Positions 13,217-26,258 of a stretch of DNA of 64,000 bases are shown here, in pieces. Below the pieces are notes generated by a model. The model was not told the DNA's origin. It did no database searches and saw nothing but the letters and a program-made list of their open reading frames with translations. A program made the position numbers and the translations under genes. The DNA comes from Klebsormidium nitens (lineage: Eukaryota; Plantae; Klebsormidiophyceae), in NCBI GenBank assembly GCA_000708835.1, contig DF237211.1, positions 1 to 64,000 on the forward strand. Direction: 5' to 3'. Numbering within the stretch: position 1 is the first letter of the stretch; every line of letters begins with the position of its first letter.

Positions 13217-13270
13217 CTCTTTGCTCTACCCCTACCGAAGCAGTGCTCTTTGCTTCTACCCCTACCGAAG
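13217..13270. repeat. Approx. 30-bp direct duplication spanning the SCO4-like stop codon
   Basis: ctctttgctctacccctaccgaag (13217-13240) and ctctttgcttctacccctaccgaag (13246-13270). Confidence 0.85.
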
Positions 13271-15271
13271 AAGTTCCAAGAAGACGAAAGCGTTCCACAT
13301 GCTGTGCAGCACCATGCACGCCAGCAGGTTCCTACTCCGGACAAAGATGACGCCCATAACTATGCCCAGGAACGACAACGGCAACAGCCGCTGCAGACTG
13401 AAGTGCGCCAGCGCGAACACGAGTGCGCTCACGGATACCGACCCCCACATCGGCATGTACCGGGTCAAGCTCGCGAGCAGAAACCCTCGGAAGATGATCT
13501 CCTCCCAGATGGGCGCGCACACGCTCACGACCACGACGTACAGCAGGTTTGCGATTGGGTCCTTGGCGCTCAGGCTCTGCTCGATGGGGGATCCCCCCGG
13601 GAAGCTCCCCGGGAGGGGCAGCAGCTCCGTGTTGATCTGACTCAGCATGTTGACGATCGGAAACAGTAAGCACCCGGCCGCCGTGTCGAGAATCCAGAAC
13701 CCGGCGCTCCACTTGAAGGGGAAGAACCAAAACCAACCCGCAGCGACATGGGGACGGAAGCGCGCCAGGCAGCGCATGAGGATGCCCAGCCCCACGAGCA
13801 TTTCCGCTAAGTCGGTGACGAGGCTGTAGACGGCCTGCCCACGGTACGTGAACGAGGAGCGGTTGAAGCCGAGGGCGTGCGCGGCGGCGGGGACCCCCCA
13901 CGAGCCCACCAGCCAGAAGGCGGCGAACCACAGGAACATGACCTGGAGGCAAGGAAAAAGGACTTCGCGTCACCGCAGTTGAGAGATGAACCGATAAATG
14001 AAGCGGTGATTTTATCAAGAGGAGTACTTCGACGACAAGTTTCTCGTGTTCCTTCCTTTAATCGATGAAGCAGACCGCTGATGTAAGGGACTATGAAACG
14101 GAGTGAAGTACTGTGTACAGGGTGCAACCTATACTCAATTGAGGCCACTGCCATTTGCAGGCACTTTGCATCAGGTTCGTTTTAAGGACTCGGTAGACCT
14201 TCTTGATTGCCACTCTTTACGAAAGAAGCTTCAACACGCCTGTTAAGAGATCAACAGAGGCATCCTTCCAACAAAAGAGTAGCTTCACTCCAGGCTTCCA
14301 AGATCAAAGCATTTGGTGGGCCACAATAGAACTTCTATGGAGGACCGTTGCAAGTGCAGCAGCGTCTAGACAAACCGAGACCCCAAACCATCGCAACTTG
14401 GCACAAGGTGATGAGTGCGCCAGCCGAGGCTCTCACCTGGACGATGGTGGCCCCCGTCCATGGCACCTTCCATACCTTCTCCTCCTCATTTTCCATTCCG
14501 AATATGCAGAGGTACCAACTACCCTGCGGAAACAACATTCCGAGTGTTCTCAGAACAAAGGAATTGTCAAGTAAAAAATTGACAGCCTGCTGCATGATGC
14601 TCTAAAGGTGCCACCACTTCACAACAGCATCATGCTCTAATCCTGAAATGACGTCCAGGCAAGCCTTCCACTTTCGAAAGCAAGCAGCCCGTTCCATCAT
14701 AGAGCAGACCAGATTTGCAGCTTACTTTTCTTTGGGACGTGTCTCCCGTAGCCGCTGGCTTCTCCCCCTCTCCCCCGCGAGTCGTTTCTACGGGGTCCGA
14801 CTGCCCCTGCGTCTCCCCTTGCATCCCTCTTCCGGTCCCTCTTCCCCAGTAGCTGTTGTTGCTACTCTCATCGCTGTCGGCTACAAACTCACCCCCATCG
14901 GCTGTGCTGAAGGAACCCAAGGCAGTTGGTGACCGAAAGCCACCTCGGTTTGGCATGTGCTGATGAATGGACGTGGCTATACTTGAGCCGGCTGCTATTG
15001 TCCCCCAAGGAGTAGACCGGTGCCTTTTTAAGCCCTTCGATTGCGGTGCTAGAGAAAGCTTCCCCGAGAAGCTCTCTCCCGGCCCAACGCGCGCCTGCCG
15101 CCTTACGCTTTTCCCCAGCGCCGCAACTTTGCATCGCCGAGGGGCAAAGCATTCAAAGAAGCGGGCTGATGAGGGAAGTGTGTGCGCAGCACCGGGGTCT
15201 CTAGAGGCCACCTGGGCGGGGCCAGCCATGTGCAGGGGTGTTGTGGCGAGGACCGGCGTGCTTTCAGCAAC
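13262..15271 (-). CDS. SCO4: CPBP (Abi/type II CAAX) family intramembrane metalloprotease, SNOWY COTYLEDON 4-like
   Basis: Exons 15271-14726 (contains an ATG at 15229), 14523-14437 and 13942-13262. CPBP motifs WEEIIFRGFL, FALAHF and HSMWN are present. The segment VPW..GQAVYSLVTD..DPIANLLYVVVVSVCAP closely resembles plant SCO4 as I recall it. Confidence 0.8.
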
Positions 15272-15582
15272 CTGAGAGTTGAGAAACGAAAGTATGTGTG
15301 AGCACTAAACAACAGCTTTCTACTTTGTTCTGACCTCACATAGACCAATTCAAGGCCGCTTTTCAAAGTAGATGGAAGAGGAGCACAGGTGGCTTTGAAT
15401 GATAGACCCTACTTTTTGTCGTTGATTTCTCTTTATTACAACCCCCTCCTTTCCTGCCAAAGAAGCCGATGGCTGGAGATGCGCCTGTGCAATTGTCTGA
15501 TGCCACCAATACGAGCTTGCCGAGCATCTGCTCAGTGTTGAGAGACCTAGAAGCACCGTTGACAATCCATATGCTGACATAC

Positions 15583-17116
15583 CTTCTCCTCCATTGCAGT
15601 GCAAGCCGCCTTCAACCCAGCACCCTCGGAATCAACCAGGCTGGTTGTAAAGAAACGGTGGTTGTGGGCCATAGACGCTGCACAGAATACATGGCCTTTG
15701 AGCAAAAGCTAATCGACTTATTTCAGATATCATCCGATACTTCGAGTAGACCAGAAAGGACAGACCCCTCCGGAGAAAAAGGAAACCCCATGCTACCAGC
15801 TTGTACGGAACTCAAGAACACCATCCAAAAATCTGCTGCAAGCCGTTGCTATAAACCTGTAACTGCTATGCCCACCACACGATGGTGGAAGCGCCTAGCA
15901 AATCAGAGATGGCAGCGACGTAAAACCACCAATCAAGCACGGGGACAGCTTTTCAGCTCCCAGACTAAGTCGCTTACCCGTCCTCGCAGACTCGCCTAGC
16001 TCTGGTTGCAACCCTTGCACTTTGCTAAGATGGCACACCTTCTGCGTCCTGCTTTCGACGCCACCATCGCGAACTGGGGAAGGTCCTGAAACCTGGCATC
16101 TCGGTTGCATTGCAAGTGCCAGCGCAGGATCAAATGACTGTTTCAGAAGCAGACTCGCCAAGCGGCCGCTCAGCTCTCTGAGCACTAAGGCCTGATTTGA
16201 GCTCTGAGTAGGGTTTGGAGCAAGGTTTCGCGTCGAAACCTTTCTTCGTGCTCGAGAGAGAGTCTTCCGGATTTCTGAAGATGCAAAAAGACCCTCGTTG
16301 TATCGTGTTAGCCCTCTCTGATAGGTGTGCATCTTTGATGGAACCTCCAAGCACTCAAAACTTGAGCCGGCAATGGTGCACCCTGATTGTGCCATGCTCT
16401 TCATCATTCTGTGTGTGTTCAACCCCAACCCCCTGGCAAGCCAAAATTGTGGAGGCTCTCTACCAACAATTCATCTAACAAACCCAGGTCATTCACATGT
16501 CTTTTAAACAGGACACATAGGGGACACATAGACGAGACGAGAAGGCGGCCCTTCACGAGTCTAAGCCATGGGGCGCAGCCTCCTTTCCACTGCTGCACCA
16601 GTGCCAGAAAACAATTGAAATGGCTGACAATTGATGAAACTCGAAAGAATGCACGCACAATGTCCCCTTCCAAAAGCGCTGGCAGTACTGATAACAGAGA
16701 CAAATTCACATCCCCACTTTGGGCAAAATCCGGAAGCACGTAAGACGCAAAGCATTGCCTTATGCCTGTCATGGCAGGGGCTCCGGATGTAACCATCTGA
16801 ACAACCGTCGAAAGGCGTCAACAGCGAAACTAGGGAAGAGACAAGCCGCATGCTAGTACTACTAGCGTCCGGACGGTTATTAGCGGCACCTGGCGTTCTT
16901 TGAAACGCGGGCTGCCGATTGTGCAGCTATATATTCATCAAATATACTGCCTACATATTGCCGTATTATTGAATACGGTATGCAGCCAGTGCTTTCAATG
17001 TCATTGTTCAAGAAGGTTGCTGGAATCTTGCAAGTTGCAAGCTCTTCGTTTCTTCCGAAAGTTTCAACTTCCAAACCCGGGCCCAAGCAAAGCAAGGGCC
17101 AAGCTAAAGTGCACAT
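15583..17116 (-). CDS. Candidate upstream exons of unknown function, frame-compatible with the SCO4-like gene
   Basis: Exons 17116-16955, 16796-16484, 16274-15978 and 15677-15583 have GT-AG ends. Phases 0/1/1/0 join in frame to the acceptor at 15271. No domain recognised. Confidence 0.35.
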
Positions 17117-17253
17117 CTATCAAAGCACAACCAACATTTTTCCTTTGACCCCTTTGAAAGCTTGCAAGAAGTAGCAAGAGACCTCAGCATTTGCAGCTGG
17201 CCGTAAGCGGACTCGCTTCCATTAAATTGTACTTTTTGAACGACCCAATCGAA

Positions 17254-18405
17254 ATGGAGTTCAGAGCATCATATCATGGCTTCGTGGACAGCTTCGAATG
17301 GCATTTTGGAGAGACGGGCGGTTCATCTCTGCCTTTCTTAGCGACCTCCATCGTAGGCTACTTGACTGTCATATTCACTCTGCAACTTCTGCTGAGACAG
17401 CGGAAAACTGCGGTGCCATTGGGGAACCTTCCAGCAATCCACAATCTCATTCTGTGCTTAGGCTCGCTGATTATGTTCCTAGGAGCTTTAGAAGCAACCA
17501 TTAGTAGTCAACTCCTGTGGCTAAGGCAGGGGAGCAGCAAGAGTACTTATTTAACAGCAGAGACGGGCTACCGTTGGTTACTTTGTTTCCCTGAGGACAC
17601 GTTACCACGAGGGAGGATATTTTTCTGGTCGTACATATATTACTTGAGCAAATTTTATGAGCTCCTTGACACCGTCATCCTCGTCCTGAAGAAGAAGCCG
17701 CTGAGCTTTCTCCACGTCTACCACCATTCCTTGGTCGTCGTCATGTGCTGGCTTTGGTTGCAGGTAAGGCACCAAATGTTGTAGCAGAAGTTACATCGGC
17801 ACTCTGTCTTGAATGCATCATTTGCTAGTCTGAGTGTCGGATCATGCAGTAATGAGATACGTTCAGGTGATGATCAAGGAGCAAACGATGTACTCAGGAA
17901 GTGTGATATAGTGATTGTGGAGAACGTGATGAACTGGCTGATCTTCCTCGTATCTTGTGACGAGTACCTCCATTCGGCTGCGCACAACACAGCGAAAAGC
18001 TGTTCTTTGGCATGATTGGAAAGTGCTCCTCTGATCTTATCTACTTAGTGTCTCCCCAACCAGGCCCCTTCATTTTCTCCTTTGCAGTACTCGCAGTCCC
18101 TCCAGACCATTGGTCTGCTGACGAATACAGGCATCCATGTCATCATGTACTGGTACTACTTCATGCACTCAATTGGCCACCCTCCTCCCTGGCGGAAATT
18201 TGTCACCAATGGTCAAATTGTACAGTTCCTGTTTAGCTTCACGGTGTCCATCCCCTTCGTTTACCTTCACGTAAAAGAAAGTTGCGCTGGCTTCTATGCC
18301 TGGCTCTACAATGCTTCATTCAACTTTACGTTGTTGCTATTATTCTTCAATTTCCACAGAAGGCAATACAGCAGCAGGACCAAAGTTGCTAAAAACGCGG
18401 ATTAA
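17254..18405 (+). CDS. ELO: ELO (GNS1/SUR4) family fatty acid elongase
   Basis: Exons 17254-17763 and 18088-18405. ELO motifs KFYELLDT, FLHVYHH (His box), NTGIHVIMYWYY and TNGQIVQF are present, with several hydrophobic segments. Confidence 0.92.
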
Positions 18406-19460
18406 GCCCTGTAACTTGTTCTTTTGTGGATCTTGTACTGATCAACGAACAGAAGACGGTTTCGCAAAGCTTGACACAGTCTGTAACTTATTGGTGAGGA
18501 GGCAGGCAACATCTGATTCTTCATAGCTTCCGAGGACTTGCCCAGATATGGTAGACGCTTTGCACGTTGAAGTGGTTCGCAATTTGAAAAGCAGTCTGAT
18601 TGTCTTACTCAAACGTCCCAAGAACGGAGAGGGCGGAATTGCCAGCATGCATATATATGGTTATACTATCAAGGCCGTTTCTATCAATCAACTTCTGTCA
18701 CTGCGGCAAGACTGGACGATCAATTCTCACACATATGCCTAGCTACGCTGCAACTTAACCAAACATGATAATATCTGGCATACTAGCTAGGCCGTCAATT
18801 GCTGACCTGACTAAGCGCTAGTAATTGTCGACCTTCCGACTGCTGCAACCCGCGCGCGAAACGTCTGTGCTATAATTCAGCTAGCTGCCATGTTGAATCA
18901 TAGATATAGTTCAATCATGTGCACGTACATGATTGCATGTATTAGGCCGGCAATTGTATATGAAGCTCAGTACAAGTACACAGCCGAGTCCGCCCCTTAA
19001 AACCGCGATCTAAGCGCAGTCAGTTGCATGCACGCACTTGACCATATCGCTTCGGGTCTGGTTATTGGCACACGGCGCTCTGATCAGCCTATATCTACGC
19101 AGGGTGGTCGCCCAACAATCAGCTCGCAAATACGTTTTTCAAAATGCACACCATGCTCGATCTGACGCAGCATACTGAGCACGTCTGGCTATAGCTCTAC
19201 GGCCTTGATTTGCACTGCAGCTGCATATGCGTAAGCGGCTTCAGTAAGCGGAGATTTTGGCGCTCAAGCATGACAATTGAAGCCTTAGCCAACGTCCATG
19301 AGGAAGCGATCGTCTGGTTTTGAGTGCGTCACACTACCTGCAAAAGGGAAACGTGTTGGATCAGCTTCCTTTAGAAGCACACGGCTTTCCATACCCCCAT
19401 AAAAGCAGAACGCAAAAAAAGGGGCAAATCATTGGAGAGGGTCTCACTGGATAAGGAACT

Positions 19461-22400
19461 TCACCGCCTGCGCGTCTGCCTTCTACACTGCTTCCTCCGA
19501 CTATGACACGAAGGTTTGCCTTGCCAGCACAACAGATTGCGTGGCCAGTAGCGGCAAATCGCGGGCACACGCGTGTATGAAGTCGAGCGCCCGCACTGTC
19601 TCCGGCCTTGCAATGCTTCTCTGCGTCTGACTCTAACACACGACCAGATCAGCTTCAAGCGCATAGCCTACCTTCATTCAAGATGCTCGTTCCGCCCCCG
19701 GCACTGGCGTCGTGAACCTCCGAGCTGCTCAAGTAAAGACCCCCGGCCGCAATGGCATACGGAAAGGCCAAAGAGGGAGCCATCGGGGATTTCGCGATCC
19801 GGATGTATCGCTGACCTGCGGGTAGGCGCAGTGCATCCATTCACACGCTGCTCCGTTTCTGAGCGGATTCTCAGGCCAAGCGTTCTGCTCTTTCGCCCTG
19901 CCGCACGAAGGCGGTTTTGGAGGGAGTACTCATACATAGAACGAATCGTACGCGATCTCAAGCGGCACAATGGCAAAGCGGCGGGCTTTTTGGATCATAG
20001 AACAAAACCCGATCGAGTACAAACTGCAGGCAGCGCTGCAGAATGTCGAACTAAATCTCAACAACTCTCGCAAGAGCCCCAGTTGACGCATCACTCGCCT
20101 GCGTGACGCTCGAGCACGAGCCTGGTGTTGACAGCGTGCGCCCACTTGGTCCCCAATGCGGCAGTCACTGTCGACGAGTCGTAAGTGGAGTCTTCGTAGC
20201 CTGGGCTCGGCCGTAGCTTCTTCCGCTCATGCTCTGAAAGAAGACGAGTACAGACATGATTGTGACTTCTCTTTTGGTTTTGGGTGTTAGCTTGAGGGCA
20301 GGTCGGCAGTTTAAAGCACAGGGATGCGGCGCCGATCTTCGTTTGTAGCTGCTGCAGCATCCGCCAGGGTGTATTCGAGGAAGCTCAGAGATGCATTCTG
20401 AAGCATGTAAGGATGGCACGAAAACCAAAATCAAGCGAGCGGTGATGAAAGCGTACCCACAAAACCGTAGTTCGGCTGCTGGCTTGGTGCCCCCATCTGG
20501 GCCATGACCTGGTTCGTTACGACAACGGGGATGCGGAAGGTCTCGGCGAGGTACCTGGAAGCAAAGCGGGGGGAGGATTCAAGGAAGAGACGAACAACAG
20601 AGGAACCGTTCCTTCAAGGCAGCGCAGAACGGGTTCGCGGTGAAAAGCGGTTGCTGGACAGCAGCTCAGACGAGGCTGGTCGGCTGACCAAGGTACTGTT
20701 GGTACTGAGGGCTGACTCAAGCCGTCTCAAGGTGGTTGTCTACTCTCTTCGTAAGATCATCTCAAAGCAGCCGTTCTTTGTCAAGGACTCATCAGAGTGT
20801 TGACAGCGAACGAAAACGATGAGGTCACCAAACGGTCTTAAGGCGGGCTCGCTGCTTACTTGAGTAGGGCTGCTTGGCGGCCAAGGAGATCCTGCCTTTG
20901 CTGGAGCTGGTCATGACCGTACTCACTGCAGCAAATACACACGGATTCAGCAGCAGAATAGCGCGCGCTTCTGAAATGATTCGACGCAACGGTTCTTAGG
21001 AACTTCCATGCAGGAATTAAGATTCCATCGCGCATAGTCGTCAGCGATCGCTTCTCAAAACAGCCGTACCTACACATACGATGATGGACAGAGGGGCTCG
21101 CGCGATCGTTGAAAAGCGCGCAGAATGTTTATGGGTTGCCTCAGGAACGGACGTCAGGCACTCGCCTTCTTACCAACGCTGCCACCGAGTCCAGGACGAT
21201 GAGTTTCGCCTTCTCTCGGATCATGGCTTCCTCCAGCTTTTGCAACCTGCCACGCAAAAACTGGACTTCGAAACTTCTAACAGATTGTCAGAAACTACCG
21301 TGAGTTCAGAACATCTGTATGAAGCCAAGTAAGGCAAAACCCAACGTATTAGAGGTAAGGTGGCGCTGACGACGTTGTTCTTTCAATTCTGTGAACTTCA
21401 GGATTGGCGTTCAAAGAGAATGCAAGATTGTTGCTCAAAGAAGGATTCAATCCAGGTTTGCCCTTGAATCAAAGAAAGGTCTGACTGATTACCTCGTCAA
21501 CAGGTCAATTGCTGAGTTGGGCCGCAAAACGAGAACCCTCGAAGTCAGCTGCAAGCGCAACTGACAGTTCAGATGCCACACCAGGTGAATAGCAGACTCT
21601 CAAGGACACGAGGTGGTTCTTTCTAGCTGAACACATTGATCCGCTTCACACGTCCGACCGGATCTACAACTGTGGCAAGAAGGTAGCCAATCAACAGGTA
21701 CCGATCTCGATGAAAAGACCCCTGGTTAGCACGACAGGGAAGTGTGTCATCTTTGGAGGGAGACGCTTGCAGTGCTTACATGCTGCACGGCTTGTTCATC
21801 CGGAAAGGAGTCGGGCAGACGCATGGTTGCAATCTCAATGAGCCTGCAAAAAGGTCGAAGATATTAATGTGCAGTTTCCGGATACCTATTCTCTACATCA
21901 AGAATGCGCTATACAGTCGATCGACAGAGGAAAGCGAGTCAAAACAGAAGAAGCAGCGGACGGCCCCTGAAGGCCACAGCCGGGCGTCAAAACGGCGGAA
22001 CTATCCATGTGGCTGGAGGCTTCTAAAGGAGCGAAGTATCCCTGCTGGTGGCGTACCTTTTAGCGCTGAACTTATTCTCGGTGTCAATGTACACGCATTT
22101 GCCGTCCAGGCCACCAATGTCAGTGGGGAGCGTTGCAAATATGGAAAGCATCAAACACAACTGGGTCTTGCCAACACCTGCAGGTCAAGACTACGAGGTT
22201 TGAACAATAGAGATGGCGCTGTCCTCTGTATCAAAAATAACGCATATGCATTTTGGTGTTGGAGCTGGGGCAAATGAGCTAGTCGACGGCTCCAACTTGG
22301 ATGGTGGCAATATAAAGCGTGAGGTGACAAACAATCCTTGGCTCCAAAGTAGAGCCTCGAGAAATGTGCAATGTATTGATTGGACGTTTTGAAAGGAGCA

Positions 22401-23374
22401 ATCAGGGATAAGAGACACAGATAAGTTCAAATGCTACCCACAGTAGAGTCATTGTACTTCACCTGCAGGCCCAACCAGCTCTGTGATGCTGCCTAGTGGG
22501 ACACCGCCCCTCAGAGCGTCATCAAGGCTAGGGAGATTGGTAGGGAGCTTTGGAAGATCGGTGTGAAGATGGCCTCCTTGGATGTCACCTGGCTGCTGTT
22601 GATCCATGTACATTTCAAGCACCTGCATGAGGGGGCAGATAGGATGTTTGAAGCAGAACCACTGAAACTTCCCCTTTTCAACTGGCCACTGCGAGGGGCC
22701 ACAACAGTCAAGATAAACAGAAAGAAGGCAAGAAACTTAGATCTGAAGAACCAAGTGCAAGAGTTTCAGCGCTCACTTTTGTGTAAAATTGTACTCGCTG
22801 ATGCATTGCTCAGGTATACTTGGTGCTGGAACCAAGTCTTCTAGGCAAGAATGACTCAGAAAAGGAGAATGGGGCGCACCGTTCTTCTGGTTGGAGCCAC
22901 ATTTTGACTGATCGCTGCAACAGCTTTTGCCACCACGTCAGCTGGCAAGTCTAGGAGTTCCACCAAGTCCAGCTCGGTTTTGCACAGGACGTCCTTGAAG
23001 AGAACGAGGGGGTAGACAATCAGACGCATTTTAGAGGGATACAAGGCCTAGTATCAGTCCCTAAGGAGCGTGTCAGGGGACCACTTAACACTATGTTGAA
23101 CAGAATTCACCTGTGTATGTTGATTCGAAGCGTGGTCAATGTTGAGGTCGAAAAACTTATGGAAGTCCGCTTAGATGAATATGCAGATGGACAAAAATTC
23201 CGGGACAATCCCGATCGACCAATCTCATGTAGTGAATGCAAACACCATGTTGAAAATTACCACCACCACATTCTAATGGGCTGCACTTACTTTTGCTGTC
23301 TCCAGCCGCCGAGACTTCAGTCGGTGCGCCACCAGGCCCTCAATATTGAGGCGACTGATCTCCTTGCTCCCCAT
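19461..23374 (-). CDS. RAD51B: RAD51 paralog B (DNA repair/recombination), multi-exon; last exon uncertain
   Basis: Starts MGSKEISRL. Contains LDDALRGGVPLGSITELVGPAGVGKTQ (Walker A), YIDTENKFS, LIVLDSVAAL (Walker B), IPVVVTNQV, AALGTKWAHAVNTRL and RYIRIAKSPMAP. The MGSK start and AKSP tail fit RAD51B better than other paralogs. Confidence 0.85.
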
Positions 23375-24459
23375 CCCCAAAGAGGTTGCTAACCAGCTTC
23401 TCTCGGCTTGGATATCGACGTGAATATCATGGCGAAGTCCGAATCTGCAACAGAAGTCTCACCTGATTTTGAGGGGCCTTCGCTAGGCGCAAGTGCATAT
23501 GTTGGCATCTTTCCTCTATGAATGGACGCTAGACCTTCCGTGCACCCCAAGCTGCACCCCATGCACTAACATATCTGACAGCAATCGCCGCACCGTCCTG
23601 AGAAGGCGCCATTCGTCCTCAAACATTTGTACTGTGTTTCTCATCGCCTGGAGCTTTTGACGAGGTAGGCTCAACAAGCATTTAGGGTTTCATGTAGGGT
23701 TTTTATGTTGGTATTTCTGACTTGGGCAGCCAGATTGAAAAAGAATCTACGATGTGATACTGAACTTCGCCTACAGATCGCCGGGGAGTCGGGACCAAGG
23801 TTGCCGGAAGCGGGGAACGAAGTACCGAGCTGAGCTACCGGGTAACCGGATAGCTTTTGGACGGGGTATGCCAAGTGGTCGGTTTGCATCTCAAGAGTCT
23901 ACCGGGAGGTCAATCAAACTACCTAATTGTACCGATTGGTAAAATTACGGTAGGTAACTGATGGCGACGAATTGTCTTTCATCCACCGTGCCCTGAGTTG
24001 TAAAGTCCGGCGACAGGGGGATACCCATATTGGCGTGGAAAGGTCGCTCAATTGAGACCTCCCGGTAAGACATTTTCGGGCCTTGCCAAACGCCCGTAGA
24101 TTCAGTTCGATAAAGTGCTGTACGTGCTAATCCGTCAAAAGATTCTGCCGCACTTGCCCGCGCTCCCGTCACCAAATTCACCGGTTTCGACGATAAACGG
24201 CATTTTATGTAGAAACAGGGCAATATTCTAGGTATGGCGTGTGCTGAGAAGTTCAGTAATCAGCAGCTAGCTCTGCATTGCACATCTTTGAGTAGCACAG
24301 ATCACGCGCCTTGGCATGGGGTCCTCTAAAAGTTGAGCAGCTGAAGCACACATAATTTATTCAACTATGTACTATTGAGGGGTTCCAATAGAGACGCCTT
24401 GCCTTCGGCGATCGCCAGCTTCATGCTGCTTTGACGTGTAAGACAAGCAGCAAGAGTCC

Positions 24460-26258
24460 ATGGCGGAGATGCATTCCAATGACTGGCACTCCTGCTCCAA
24501 GCTGCTCTCGGTCATGGTGTGCGTGCTCCTTGTCCACCTTATCATCCAGACCAACGGGCCTGGAAGACCCCAGGCGCATCTAGTCACCAAGGGGCAGCCT
24601 CACAAACCTCCCCCAATTTGTGATGTGAGTTACATCTCAGGGACTGTGAACGCTCTGAACAGCACCAGCACTCCGCTTGAGCTGTACCACACTGCAAAGA
24701 GGTGGTTGAGGCCCTGGAGCAGGTGAGCTCTCTGTTACACCTCTGTGTTGCAGCCATGCCCCGTTGCAGCTCTGTTTGCCCTGCTTTGATCTAGGACGAT
24801 TGGCTTTGTCATTGGAAGCCAAGGCTGCGTAAATTGCAAAAGTAGTACTCTGTGTGGTGGTGGACATGCGTTGTCTGCACTGCTACGTGTCAGCGGTATC
24901 TGAATTGTGTGAGGATACTCAGGTTTAAAAGCAGTAATGCCCTCCTGAGGGGTGACTGGAATGGGCCGTCTTTTGAGTTGTTTTGAGGTTTGAAGGTTGA
25001 AGCACTTGCGCTTCTTGCTGCATTTGTTGCTGTTGTATCAAGAATCATGTCAAGCCACTCGAAGGTCCTTCCAGTTGGTCTCTTGGGGGATTGCCAATAA
25101 GGAAACACTAGCTTGCATTCCACGGAGAAGTCGATTGCAAGGATGCCCCTCATTTGATTGTTGAGAGTTTCTTCCTTTTTCCACAGGCACCGGCATGGCT
25201 CTTTCGGAATCACAACAGAGCAGGTAGAGAGGCTTTTTGAGACAATCAACAAAACCGATGTAGGTGCTGTCCGTTTTGTGGTCCGAAATGGCCGACCGAA
25301 AGCACTTCCTGTCCGCTTCCCTCGAAGCATTCACTATCAGTCTCGAGTCAGCTTTTGGCAGAGCCTCCTAGAGCGTTTAGCTTGGCGCTTTGGCTTGCCG
25401 GAAAACCTGGACGCTGTATTCTGGACGGAGGATCAGCCTCAAATTGCTGCTGGTATAAATACGGTCTCCCTGGCGCCTTTATTTGTCTCTGCAACCTTAC
25501 CAGGTTTCTTCGATGTACCCATCCCAACCACAGAGTATTACTCTAAGCTAGCAAAAATGGATCTACATGAGGTAGTGGCAAAGAAGAGGTGGGAGGAACG
25601 CCAAGCAAGGGCAATTTGGAGGGGTTCTCCAACTGGAGGTTGGTTTGCATCATACAACTGGTTTACTTACCCTCGATCAAAGCTGGTAAATGTTAGTTTA
25701 CACAACCCTGAGATCATCGATGCAAAGTTTCTCCCTTGCGCGTGGGGCCAGTGTGCGGACGACGTATGGCCCTTGATTCAAGAAGCATTTCCGGAACACA
25801 CAGATGATACGCACTTTACAATGGAAGATTACGTTCAATACAAGTTCGTGATTTCGATCGATGGCAATGCGTGGAGTAGCCGCTTTGTTGACCTACTACG
25901 TACAGGCTGCGTTATCTTCAAGGTAGCATCCCCTTATCTTGAGTACTTTGATAGCTTCCTCATTCCTTATAGGCATTACATCCCCGTCGCAACGGACTCT
26001 TCCGATTTGTTAGACAAAGTTCGTTGGGCCATAGATCATGATGAGGAGATGAAGGCAATCAGTATTGCAGTGCAAGAGGTTTTTTATCGGTCTATCGGGA
26101 ATGGGGTTTGGGAAGAGTACGCTTCGTTGATGTTGGAAGAGTATTCCAAATTGCTTCCACCCGAACCTTCGAACTACATCCTAGAGAAGTACAGTGAGAG
26201 ATTCAGATATGATACAGAATTTTCCGAGCATCTGCGTAGGCTTTGGGAGCACGAATAG
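24460..26258 (+). CDS. Glycosyltransferase family 90 (CAP10/POGLUT-like), type II membrane protein
   Basis: Exons 24460-24722 and 25187-26258 join in phase 2. N-terminal hydrophobic anchor LLSVMVCVLLVHLII. GT90 motifs AIWRGSPTG, YKFVISIDGNAWSSRF and LIPYRHYIPV..DLLDKVRWAIDHD. Confidence 0.85.

Noticed and set aside
15469-15999. 176-aa plus-strand ORF with an apparent branch/acceptor at 15574-15599
   Set aside because: The apparent acceptor is the reverse complement of the minus-strand donor GAAG|gtatgtcag, and the peptide is unrecognisable.
18409-18416. TGTAA as a chlorophyte-type poly(A) signal after ELO
   Set aside because: It is a single short motif very close to the stop and is not seen consistently after the other genes.
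19573-20106. 177-aa plus-strand ORF
   Set aside because: It is antisense to the RAD51B 3' exons and intron, with no family motif.
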